Origin: Lama glama
Taxonomy: Eukaryota
DNA length: 64,000 nt
Assembly (NCBI GenBank): GCA_028534125.1
Contig: CM052817.1
Location: 3,660,001-3,724,000 of the forward strand
Direction: 5' to 3'
In this document: piece by piece, positions 39,420 to 50,907 of the stretch
How positions within the stretch are numbered: the first letter of the stretch is position 1
Layout: each line of letters opens with the position of its first letter
Translations under genes and position numbers: made by a program
Notes under the pieces: generated by a model
What the model was told of the DNA's origin: nothing
The model's input: the letters and a program-made list of their open reading frames with translations, nothing else
Database searches by the model: none

Positions 39420-39488
39420 GAGTGCACATTCTGTCACAAATGTATGGCCACGAGTGCACATTCTGTCACAAATGTATGGCCACGAGTG
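39420..39488. repeat. Perfect 32-bp tandem duplication (2 copies + 5 nt)
   Basis: GAGTGCACATTCTGTCACAAATGTATGGCCAC at 39420-39451 and 39452-39483, then GAGTG. Confidence 0.95.
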
Positions 39489-41479
39489 ACACGTGTTCAA
39501 ACGTAACCTGGCTCAGAGAAAGGCCTGTCAGACTCCAACCGGGAAGGGGCTGTGGAGTCTCGGGTGAAGAGCGTCCCTGTTTGCCTCTGCCTACCTCTGT
39601 CATTTGGGTGTTTTACAGGTATTTTTTCATGAACTATTTTTATAATGGAGAAAACAATTTTAAGCCATTTCAGATGGAGTCCAAGACTGATTTTGCCAAC
39701 TGCAATTTCCAAAACAAACTGAACATGCTTGCAGCAAAGTTTCTGTTTTGTTTTTTAAAATTCTGTCCACCCATGAGAGTAAAGGTGTAGCCATGAGGGG
39801 AGACTAGAGCGAGAGAAACCGCTGACCTTCACTGAGCTCCCAGGGGCCGCCAACCGCTGCCCCTGGACACCTGCGCTCGACCCCACGGAGCCCTCCCAAG
39901 ACGGGCATTATCAGAGGAGGAGATCACAGCTCAGAGGGGCAGAGTTGCCAGCCCAAGGCCACACAACTGACTGTGAGCGACAGGACCAAGACCAGACAAG
40001 GGGCTCTCTGACCCCAAAGTCCTTCCCTGGCCCCCTGCCTTCCCAAACCCGTGACCCCTCTGGCCCCAAGTGTCGTTAGAGTCCCAGTAAAGATCTGTGC
40101 GTTTCCTGTCTCCAACTCCTCTCTCTTCCTGGGAGTCACATGGGTAGGCTCAAAGTGGGCTCAGAATGCAGCCCTCTCAGACTAAGCGGGAAATGTATCA
40201 CTTCCACATTAGGAAAAATAAGCAAACCTTAAGCACTATGCACTAGAATTTCAGCTTACATTGAGGCATCTGAGGTAAGAGAGTTAAACTTCTCAGAATA
40301 ACTTAACTGTTACCACGACAACGGTAGGAGACAATCTATCCATAGAATGAAAACAAAGTTCGAATTTAATGACCACACTGCCATTTCCCTTTCCCCTCTC
40401 TTCCAGAAAGGCATCATGTAGAAATTTAATATGTACTCAACCTCCTGCCTCTCTAAACTCCAAAATTAATAGAGATTAGACACTTGTGAGATAATCTCCT
40501 AACAGACTCATCCTCAACCCAAAGGTCCTGATCCTGTACAAACAGGCTATCACCTACCACCCTGACAAGCCAAAGCTCCCAGAACAGGCTCAGCTTTCTC
40601 CTCTGGATCGCTACCAGCTGTGTAATAGCTCCCCTCTTTGCTCCAGCCACTAGGAAGCTCAGCGTCAAATCTGTATGTAGTGTGCCTCTAGGAGTCACAT
40701 GAGAATCTGTGAGTTGTATTCTGGGGTATCCGTTAGGCTCTGGCTTTATCTTGTCCTTTGCCCAAATTCCTCAACATCATTCTGCACACTTTAAGAAAAA
40801 AATTTTAAGAGTAGACACGAACATAAAATTCAAAACGTACAAAAGAGTGTTACAGTCAAAGTAGGTCCCCCTTCCCCCAAGTTCACCCCCAAGTAGGTCC
40901 CCCTCTCAGAAGCAATTCTATGATTACTAGCTTTGTAAATTGCCTTCCTGATATAGTAACTGCGTTTACAAGCATGTGCATGTATCTTTATGCACACAGA
41001 GCACACTGATACACAAATGGTTATTCAACTTGCTTTTTTAAGGTCCGCACTGTATTCAGGGATTTAGCCAATTCTTTACTGCCAGGCATTCAGATGGTCT
41101 CCAATCTCTGTAACCAATCTTCTTTGTAATCTCCCAATCTTTCGCAATCAATACCCTTATACAGCCATCATTTTACCTACACACTAATTCATCTGTAGGA
41201 TAAATTCCTAGAAGTGGAAATCCTGGATCCAAAGTACCCTAACTGACTGACTGAGTCATTCACTAGTTGTCTTGAAGCCGCCACCATCACAATCAAGACA
41301 GAGAACACTGCTGTCGCGCCCCCCCCCCAATCTCATTCACGCTCTTCCCTGGTGCACCACTCCTGGCACCACAGCTTTATCTTTTCAAATATGTCATGTA
41401 AATGAAAATCATATGGCAGGTAACTTCTGGGACTGGAGTCCTACAGTCAGATAAGACCCCTGAGATGTGCCCAAGATGG

Positions 41480-44030
41480 TTAATATTGTGGATTACACTG
41501 ACTGATTTTTCAAATACTAAACCAGCTTTGCATTCTTGGGATAAGTGCCATCGAGTCATGTGGGGATTTTTTGGTTTTGTTTTTTGTTTTTTAAATGTGT
41601 TGCTGAACTCAAGTTGCTAATATTGTGTTGAGGATTTCATGTCTCTTCACAAGGGATACTGGTCTCCCAATTTGCTTCTTTGTCCTGTACTTGTCTGGTT
41701 TTGGTATCAGGGTAATACTAGTAATAAAACGGTAATAAATGAGCCAGAAAGTATCCCCCCCTTTCCTAAAGTTGGTGTTATTTTTCTTTAAATATTTGGT
41801 AGAATTCACCAATGAAACCCTCTCTGGGCCTGGAGACTGATTTTCCTGGAAGGTTTTTAGATACAATTTCCATTTCATTAGGAATTACAGGACAATGTGG
41901 GTTATCTACTGCGTCCTGGATTGGTTTTGGTGATTTGTGATTTTTCAAGGAAATGGACCATCTTTTCTAAGTTATCAAATTTCTGTACATGGAGTTATTC
42001 ATGACATTCTCTTACGATCCTTTTCATTTCTGCAGGGTCTGTAATGGTATCTCCTTTTCATTCCTCTTGTTGGTAATCTGGGTCTTTGTGTCAGTTTTGT
42101 TAGAATCCGATTGATTCTGTTATCATTTCAGCTTTTGGTTTTACTGACTTAATTCTCCTGTTTTCAATTCAGTGAATTCAATTCTGTTCTTATGTGTATT
42201 ATTTCCTTCCTTTTTCTTGCTTTGGGTTTACCTGCTTCTTTTTCAGTTTCCTAAGGCAGAAAATTAGATTTGAGAACTTCTCTCTTTTCTAATGTGACTG
42301 GCTTAATGCTATGAATTTCCCTCTAAGTACTGCATCCCACAAATTTTGATATTGTGTTTTTGTTCAGTTCAAAATATTTTCTCATGTTCCTTGTGACTTC
42401 CTAATTGTCCCAAGATTTATTTAGAAGTGGGTAATTTGTTTAATTTCCAAATTTGGGGAGACATTCTTCTTGTCTTTCTGTCACTGCTTTCTAGTGTAAT
42501 TCCATTGTGGTTAGAGAATATATTTGGTGTAATTTTAATCTTTTCTGATTTATTTTCTTCTCTAATGCAGGTTATGGTCTATCTTGGGGAACATCCATGC
42601 GTGCTTGAAAAGAATGTGTGCTGTGCTCTTGCTGAAAGGGAGAGTGTTGTCTAAAAGTCCATTAGCCTGACTCGTCGATGGTCAGTTCTTCTACGCCCTA
42701 GCTCATCCTGTCAATACTCCTATCAATTACTGTCTAAAGGGCAGGGCTGACACTCCAGCTGTAACAGTGGGCTTATCCACTTGTTTCAGATCTGTCAGGT
42801 TTTGCACCGTGGATTCTGCAGCTCTGTTGCTAGGTACACACACAGTAAGTATCATTATGTCTTCATTAGGTAACATCCCACCTTATCCCTGGTAATTTTC
42901 TTTTCTCTGCAGTCTACTTCTTCTGATATTAATATATCTCCTCCATCTTCATTTTGATAAGTGTTCTCATGGTAGTGTATCATTTTCTACCCTTTAATTT
43001 TAACTATATATTTTATATTTGAAGTGAATTTCTTTCAGATAGCATATAGTTGGGTCATTATTTTTTAACCTATCCTGACAATCTGTCCGAATTGGGCATT
43101 CAGACACACAACTGGCGTTTCAGACCATTTACGTTAAGGTAAATTATTAGTATGTTTCAATTTAGGCCTACCATCTTGTTCTGTTTTTCCTTCCTCTATT
43201 TCCTCTTTGCTGCCTTGATTTCAGTTTTCTGAACTTTTTTTAGAATTCCATTTTAATGTATCATGTTTTTTACTCTTTGTGTAGTTCAGTGGTTGATGTG
43301 AGATTTACAATATGTATTTTTCACAATCTAATTAGAATCAGTATTTTAGCACTTCAAGTGGAATGCAGAGCTTTACCATCACATCCTCTCCTCCTTTATC
43401 TTATTTATTATATACATTACATCTAGGTACACTGAAAACCCCACACAACATTTTACTTCCTGCTTTCAGCCAAACATATTTCACAGCCTCATAAGAGAAC
43501 AAGGGTCTGCTGTGCTCATCTGGACACTGACCACTTCTGTTCCTCTTCCTTCCTGATGTGTCAAGTTTCCTTCTAGTATAATGTCCCTACTGTCTGGAAA
43601 ACTTCCTTTAGTGATTTTTTTTTTCATCTGCTGGCAACAAATTCTCTTAGTCTTCCTTCATCTGAAAAGACCTTTATTTCACATTCATTCCTAAAGGGTA
43701 TTTTTGCTGGATATAGAATTTGGGGTTGATCGGTCTTTTCTTTCAGCACTTAAAAAATGCTCTTTCACTTCCTGCTGGCCTCCACGGTTTCTGATGAGGA
43801 AATCACGGTCACCCAAATGGCCATTCCCCAGTAAGTAATGCATTTTCTCTGGCTGCTTCTAGGATTTTCTTCTTTGTCTTTACTTTCAGCAATTTGGTTA
43901 CAGTGTGTCTGGGCACTGACTTTTTTGGCTTTATTCTGTTTGGAGTTCACTGGGCCCCCTCACCCACCAAATCTGTAGATTTATGTCAGATTTGGGGCAT
44001 ATTCAGCCATTATTTCTACTGCCCTGCATC
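41480..44030 (-). mobile_element. Degenerate old LINE-1 with ORF1 and ORF2 remnants
   Basis: ORF 41609-41878 has SPGP...ITLIPKPDK...RPVSL...ILNTILA (ORF2, start of RT region). ORF 43765-43950 has KDKEE...ITY.G....SSETVEASR (ORF1). Multiple stops and frameshifts; T-rich plus strand. Confidence 0.88.
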
Positions 44031-45369
44031 AAGCCGGGGGATATTAGAGGAGAAAAACAACAGTAAACTCAATCAATTCAGCAGGATTTTTTTTCCTGCC
44101 GGGGATTCAAAGAACACTGTAACACAGTTCCTGCCATTCAAGAACACAGTGTAGTAGGGGAGAAGGCGGGAGACTGACAGTTGCAAGCAGGATTTCCAAT
44201 TCTCGTCTTCTTCCCCAATCCACCTGCTACTATTTCCTTTTCAGAATCTCAAATTGCTGCTTCGTGTACTAAGTTCAAGTTTTATCACTGCATTCATTAG
44301 GAGAGACAGGTTTGAGCGTGCTTAGTCCTTTTTACTCACAACTGGGAACTGATCTTTTTGTAAACTGGTTCAAACTCATTTTCCAAAGGCATATGGGGTG
44401 ATAACAATGAAGGAATTTATCATTTTTAAATGAAATGAAATTGTTTTAGAAGTCACCTGTAGGCCAGTCACCTGTACTGACCACCCAGGCTCATCCTTCC
44501 CACAATTTATGATGATTTATGATTTTCTGAGAACCCAGAAGTGAGAATGAGTATCACTGTAAGTTGTCCTGGATTTGCCTTCTTCTGGGATTCTCTCTTT
44601 TAACATCTCAGTGCTGAGCTGAAATTCCAGAAGGCCATTCAGGACATTCCAGCTTATACAAACCCAAACACATGTACTATCTTTGCTCCCAGGACAATGT
44701 GTTTTCAATCCAGGACGATGAAACCTGCAAGCCTGTCCTTTCCTGCAACTATCCTTGCCACAACCAGCAGCTGCCTCAGAGCCCAAACAGGACTTAAACT
44801 TTCTCCTTCTCTTCCCTGACAATAGTGCCAATCCCTCACATCTATGTACATAGTGTTGTCTAAAAAAATCACAAACTCTGTTCTACAGCATCCCCAAATG
44901 TCTGCAGCCCTGAGCCCCTCTGACATCTGCTCAGACGACAGAGACTCACTTTTACTTTTCAAACAGTCTTTTCTTTAAAAAAAATTTTTAAGTGCAAAAA
45001 TTACCAAAAGGAAAAATACCAAAATGCAAACAACGGTTACTTGGGGGCATTAAGACTCCAAGTGTCTTCTTTTTCTTTATTTGCTAATATCTTATACACC
45101 TTCCACATATTAATATAACCAAGAAGTAAGTATTACTAATTTAGCTACAGGAATCCATTCCCCATTTCCCAATAACTTGAGCAACTGGGGGACCATTAAG
45201 CCATAACCACCTCCTGCCAGGCTATCCCAGTAAGACTTCTTTAGTAAGATATTATCCACATGACTTCACTAGAGCAGAGGTTCAAAATTTCCTAGCAAGT
45301 CAGTGCTTCTCAAAACTGACCACAAGTCAGATTTATCTACAGAGCTTAAACAAAAACAAAACACCTGTC

Positions 45370-45870
45370 AGACTGGAAGAGGGGTGTGAGAAAAGAGAAG
45401 TGAAGGACGATGCTAAAGTTTTAGACCTGAAAAAGACGACTATGGCTGTGATTTACCAAAATGGGGACAGCTGCATAGGGAAAGGGTCTGACAGAGTCGG
45501 AAAAAGCAAATCAGTTTAGCTCAGTGCTTGTTAAACAGGAAACGCCTGTCAGACGTCCAGGTGGAGCTGTCCCGTAGGCTGGATGCCTGCATCTGGAGTT
45601 CAGGGCTGAGGCCTGGCTGGTTGTCATTTAAAGCCAGAGTCCAGCAGAGACTCCCCAGAGGGCAACTACAGACAGAGAAGTTCCCGGGAGGCATGCTGGT
45701 GTTCACAGGGCTGGGAATCTAAGGGCACCCAGTAATGGAAACTGAAAAGGAGGAAGCATGTGGTGACCTGGAGGCCAAGATAAGAAAGGCTCCCAAGGAG
45801 CAGAGGAGAAGTGGACAAGGGCTGGGAAATACCCATTGAACCTGGCAACTGGCAGTCACCTGAAAAACCA
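45370..45870 (-). mobile_element. L2 LINE fragment
   Basis: GTGAAGGACGATGCTAAAGTTTT and CCTGTCAGACGTCCAGGTGGAGCTGTCCCGTAGGCTGGAT....TCTGGAGTTCAGGG. Confidence 0.7.
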
Positions 45871-46382
45871 GCCTCAGAGAAACGTGCTCAGTGGCACAAA
45901 AATGTCTCAGGGTGGCTGTATGTACGCTATTTTTCCATTGCAACATGCATGACAGCTGCAGTTATCTATAGCGTTACTGGTTCAAATCCGTCTTTTCCGG
46001 GGAAGTTGCAATGAAGGCAAGGGCCAAATAAGTCTTGCCCTTCATTACAATCCTGGGATTCCTCCACTCAGCGGCCCAAATTTGCAGAACACAGAGGAGG
46101 ACCATGGTTCCTCTTCATTCACAAGGCAAAGGACTGTACTTCTGAGACGGCATCATCATCAGCACCCATCTGGCCAGAGCCCTGGTCATACAAGCCCGAG
46201 GACAGGAGACCTGAAGGCGCCTCTCTTCAAATACATGCTCCCCATCCTTATTCTCAAGAGCTCCTCCAGTTCACCAGCAACTGCCAAAATGTATATGTGG
46301 TGTACTGTGGGCCCTTTATTTAATTTTCTGCGGGCGTAAATGGCTATTTTCCTCCCAATAGCCAACATTCCTTCCTGTGTGG

Positions 46383-46565
46383 CGGTGGTTGTTAAATCTG
46401 AATGTGCGTTAGAATTCGCCTGGAGCATCTGTTATGATACAACTTGTTGTGTATCAGCGCCAGGGTTTGTTTCAGCGTGTCTGGGGGAGGGGCCTGAGAG
46501 CGTGTGTGTCTAACAAGCACCCAGGTGAGGATGTTAGCCTGGGGCCCACGACCTGAGAACTACCG
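46383..46565 (-). mobile_element. MER5A-like hAT-Charlie element
   Basis: GTGCGTTAGAATTCGCCTGGAG...GGGGCCTGAGA...TCTAACAAGCACCCAGGTGA...TGAGAACTAC. Confidence 0.6.
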
Positions 46566-46869
46566 GTGATTCCCATAGTTATTCTTGGTCATTTTTGTTT
46601 CTCCTAGAAAGAAAATCTCACTGAAAGCATAATGTAAGCTGACAGAAAACTACTTACATTTCAAAATTCTTATGAAATTTGAAAAGATAACTGAAAGTAA
46701 CATTTCAACATTTACTTAAAAATGGCAACCAAAAAAGAAGGCCCAAACTGAGAGAATGTGGCCCCATTAGAGTGAAGTCAGATGTGCCCTCGAGTGCCCT
46801 GGGCAAAACTACACACAGCGCCTCGTCCACTTACCAGGTTTGTTGATCAATAAACAGTCATGACAGCCA

Positions 46870-47100
46870 CGCCCTGAGTACTCACTCTGGGCCACACACT
46901 ATGCTAAGCATTGGGCAAAAATACTCATATTCATTATCTCTTAATTTATAACAATCCAGTGAGTAGGAATCAGAAAGCCCATTTTGCAGATGAGGAAATT
47001 GAGAAATCACTGGCCTAAGGTCTTACACTTAAACAAGAAGAGATGAAGCTGGAAATCACACCCAAGCCTGCAACTCCAAAGATCTCTGCTGATGTGCATA
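46870..47100 (-). mobile_element. MIR SINE
   Basis: ACAATCCAGTGAGTAGG...CCCATTTTGCAGATGAGGAAATTGAG...CCTAAGGTC. Confidence 0.75.
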
Positions 47101-47339
47101 CTTGGACCCTCAACTCAACCATGGGCTCCTTGAGGCGTGCCCCCCGAAACCACTTTTGTGTTTCTGGTGCCCAGTACAAGACCTGGCCCCAACATGGCAC
47201 AGTGTTTGTGGAACAAGCAAATGAGGGGCTCTATGTAGGGCTCAGGTCCATTCCCTCCATCGTGTTCCATTTCTTGTTCGCAGGAGGCAATAATAACAGC
47301 AACCCCTTCCAACCCTCATGACATTCAATACTGTTCTGA

Positions 47340-47535
47340 GCCCCTGGTGTATACTCACTCACTTAGTCCTCACCACCTTGCAGGTAGGTATTATTATTCC
47401 CCAAATGTTAAAGAGCAGGAAAATGAAGTTCAGAAAGGTTAAGGAACTTGCCCAAAGTCACAGAGCCAAAACGTAGCAGAGCTGGGACCCAAACCCGTCA
47501 GTCTGACTCCAAAGTCTATGCTTTAAAATCACTAC
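47340..47535 (-). mobile_element. MIR SINE
   Basis: AGGTAGGTATTATTATTCCCC...AGAAAGGTTAAGGAACTTGCCCAAAGTCACA...GCAGAGCTGGGA...AGTCTGACTCCAAAG. Confidence 0.8.
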
Positions 47536-49933
47536 GTGATGCTACTTCTCTCAAGTAATAAAAAACATTTCCAAAGAGAAAAGGAAAAGGAATTGGGGTT
47601 TACTAAGTATCTTAATTATGCTTTAGTTCTAGAGTTATTTCACCATTTGGGATCACAAGTCCAGACACTCTGCCCTAGCGATGGGCTCTCGAAAGTGGGG
47701 AGGGAGGCTGTGTGAACTGACACCTGTGACCCCAGTTTGAGCCTGGTGCACAGTACCTCCTCAAAGGGGCAGGTCCCTGGCTCTGGACCCCTCTTGGGCC
47801 TTGCCAGCTTGGGTGGGGAGGATAGGATGAGAGATGAGAGGTCCAGAGACACAAAGCACGAGCAAATAGGACACAGGCAGGACTGGATGACACATTCAGG
47901 TACAATTACATCCTTCATTATTGATGGTTGAAGCCAGATGGTCCTGTTCTTTGCAGTATTGTGTTACCACATAATTAGCTGACCTAGTCACTTCACTTCA
48001 CAAAAATCCTTTAAGTTCAAGAACATAATCCGTGTTCACCTTAAAAAAAATAGGGTACCACAAAGATAACAAAGAAATTCAAACATGATGCTAGTGACAT
48101 TAAGAGTCATGGGAAAATCTATTTAGTAAAATGTTTACTTTCCTGAAAAGTGTTAATTTCTTTAAAATTTTTATAACAGCTTAGCTTCTGAGTTTCCTAA
48201 GAAATTTATAGCTGAGCTCCACATACAAACTCATCATATTTTAACTGTATGCTATTTTAGTAAGTCTACACAATAAGTGATTCAAATTCAAAATGTAACT
48301 AACGATAAAAGTGAATTCCAACACTGATTTACTTTGCAAGGATCCTGGGTGCAGACAACTGCTATAAGGAACATCAAACAACATTCAAAACATATTTAAT
48401 CTGCAAAGACATAAAAAATGAAATCTGTGCAAATCCCCCATGTTGTCCGAGTCAGAGCCCAGCATGTACTCGAAGCCTTGCCCCATGCCCTGCACCCCCG
48501 TATCTAACATGCTTAATACTCACAGGGGCCGCAACACTCTGCAGCCCCACAACTACCACAGTGCTGCACCAGACCCCACTTTCTTTCACCTGGACTAGTC
48601 CAAGAGCCACATTGTTGCCAGGTGCACCTCATCACTCCCTACCCAAGCAAAACCCTTCAGGGGCTCCCCCGAGACATCAGTTAGAGACAGGTTCTGGGCA
48701 CACTGCATCACATCATAGGCCCCCTCTCACTGCTCTCTGGGCTCACGCTGCACACAGCCCCTTTGCACAGGCCCCCCATCACCTGCCCGTCCCTTCCAAC
48801 AGAGAGGCAGGGAGGGCCTTCTGAGCTGCATAAGTCACTCAGTCTGGGTCTCAGTGCGTCTTTGGTAAAATGAAGACAATAACAGTATCCTCTTCATAAG
48901 GCTGCTGTAGGTTTTAAATGAACTAGAAACCCAAATGCTGACTCATTCAACACTAGTACACAGTCATCACTCACTACATGATCCCCACTATTATTAATTC
49001 TCTGTCACACCTTTAAACTCAGTCTTCCGGGCTGCCTTGCCCAGCAGGCCCAACGTGCCCTTTCGACACCTGCGCTGGGATCATTTCCTCACCAGAGGGC
49101 TGCTCTGGAGCCTGGGTGCCAAGTTACTCCTTTAACCCCAGGGCCAAGCACGAGGTCTGGCACTTACATGTGTTCACTGAACAATCGTCTAAGGCTTGGA
49201 GGGTGAGGCTGCTGGGGGGCAATGTCACAGCACCAGGCAAACAGAAGACTGTGAGGATGGCTGGGACTCAGGGCCGAGCGGAAGGTGCAGGTGGTAACAG
49301 TCAGGGCTGCTGAGGCCACAGACACCCCCTGGCCTTGCTGTGTCTGTGCTGAGCCCCCTCCCTGACAAGACGCGCACAGGCCTCCAGCGGCTGGCATCAC
49401 TGCCTCCACGGGGAGCAAAGTAGCCCAGTGGTGATGAGATAACACAGGCCTGGCCTGGCCCTGAGCCCCGTCCTCTCCCCCTGAGACATGTGGGCAGCTT
49501 CAGCCAGCAAAGGGAAGCCTGGGTATCAATGGCCCTAGCCATCCTGGTCCCAGGCAGCCCTGGAAGGATTAAGTCCCAAGAAACTCACGGGATCAGAGAG
49601 GGAGAATTCTTTAATGTCACACACAATTAATAAAAATTTGATGATAAACACATTTGCAACTCTTAACCAAAAAAAAAAACTGATTAAATTCAATTTATAA
49701 ATATCTAAAGCCCAGCTCTTCTGGATTGAGCTTTCCTATGTGCATGTTACAAGTTATAAGAAATGAAAAAAGTTCCAATCATCCACATTCTGAAGACAGA
49801 TTTAAATTTTAAGTACTTAGTATGCAAGTTAAAATAAAGTTTTCCAGTTTCAAAGCCTCAGTAACGGTCATTTTTGCACAGTTCATAAATACATGCTCTA
49901 CAGCATATTTCTGTGTTTTTGTATCTTGCATAC

Positions 49934-50054
49934 CTTTTGTATTTTCTTTGACTCTTTCTGAGCATTCTCTCGGAGTGGTGCTTTTCCAAATAACTTCCAT
50001 CCCAAGTCATTGTGTTTGTCAAGTCTTGCATTTTGTTTTCTAGCAAGCAAATTC
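49934..50054 (-). CDS. TBC1D14: TBC1D14 exon 3 equivalent, (R)NLLARKQNARLDKHNDLGWKLFGKAPLRENAQKESKKIQK
   Basis: 121 nt; acceptor tttgttttcttcctatag|G; donor AAG|gtatgc; phase 2 to 0. Confidence 0.96.
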
Positions 50055-50347
50055 CTATAGGAAGAAAACAAAGGGTTAGGGAATTTCTGGGCATTCACAG
50101 AAACCCTAGGATAGCCGAATCACTCTCTAACGAAAACAAGTAGACTTCCCTTTGAGAGAACAATGTAATGAGCCACAGACTTTAACTCTTCAGATCTGGT
50201 TTTCACGTAGACAGAGAATTAAAAGCAGGTGAACAGACCTTGAATCACAATAAGTAAGCTTTTTGTTACTCAATGATTTCATGTACAAATTCTGTAATTT
50301 AGAGTAAGGAAATGTCTTTTAGCATAGCAAAGTATATCTGAAAAAGT

Positions 50348-50475
50348 GAGCTTTTAAGTCAGAACAAACTGAATTGAAACCCTGGCTCAATCATTTTCTA
50401 GCTGTGTGACTCTGACCAGTATATTAACCTCTCTGAGGCTCGGTTTCCCTATGTTTAACAAGGATGATTATACAA
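50348..50475 (+). mobile_element. MIR SINE
   Basis: GCTTTTAAGTCAGA...TTGAAACCCTGGCTC...CTAGCTGTGTGAC...TTAACCTCTCTGAGGCTCGGTTTCC. Confidence 0.8.
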
Positions 50476-50746
50476 ATTAAAATTACAGGTACACAATCAG
50501 TGCTTAAAGGATAACGGTTGCTTTAGCACTTAACCTCCAGCTTAGTTCAAATTATCTACAAGGTAAATCTATATTATTAATGTATCACAGAAACTCTAAG
50601 TAAAAAGGAAGCTACAAGGCCTTCTCTTCCAACAACATGTAAAGAAACGTCCCAAATAACAGTAATAAGTCCCAAATGGCACTACAAATAAACTATGTTT
50701 TGGAATGCACTGTATTGGTACATTCAATAAATACAAAAGGTTTCTT

Positions 50747-50897
50747 GGAGGAGGGTATAGCTCAGCGGTAGAATGGGTGCTTAGCATGCACAAGGTCCTG
50801 GGTTCAATCCCCAGTACCTCCATTTAAAAAATAAATTAACAAATAAACCCAATTATCTCCCCTGCTAAAAAAAACCAACCAAAGGAAAAAAAAAAAA
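50747..50897 (+). mobile_element. tRNA-derived SINE of the camelid vic-1 type, with A-rich tail and TSD
   Basis: GGAGGGTATAGCTCAGCGGTAGA (A box) ... TTAGCATGCA ... GGTTCAATCCC (B box) CAGTACCTCC, A-rich tail; flanked by AAAAGGTTTCT at 50735-50745 and 50894-50904. Confidence 0.88.
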
Positions 50898-50907
50898 GGT
50901 TTCTAGG

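Noticed and set aside
39420..39488. CRISPR-like repeat
   Set aside because: Two adjacent copies with no spacer, in mammalian DNA; a simple tandem duplication.
41609..41878. Reverse-transcriptase-like ORF as an active element or novel gene
   Set aside because: Short, frameshifted remnant of an old L1 ORF2.
22380..49170. Other isolated GTAAGT donors on the gene strand (near 22385, 29633, 37713, 46831, 49164)
   Set aside because: I saw no convincing paired acceptor or promoter context, though I did not score them; such hexamers are expected by chance in this much intron.
50750..50822. Possible tRNA-Ala gene
   Set aside because: A-rich tail, TSD and imperfect stems show it is a SINE head, not a functional tRNA.
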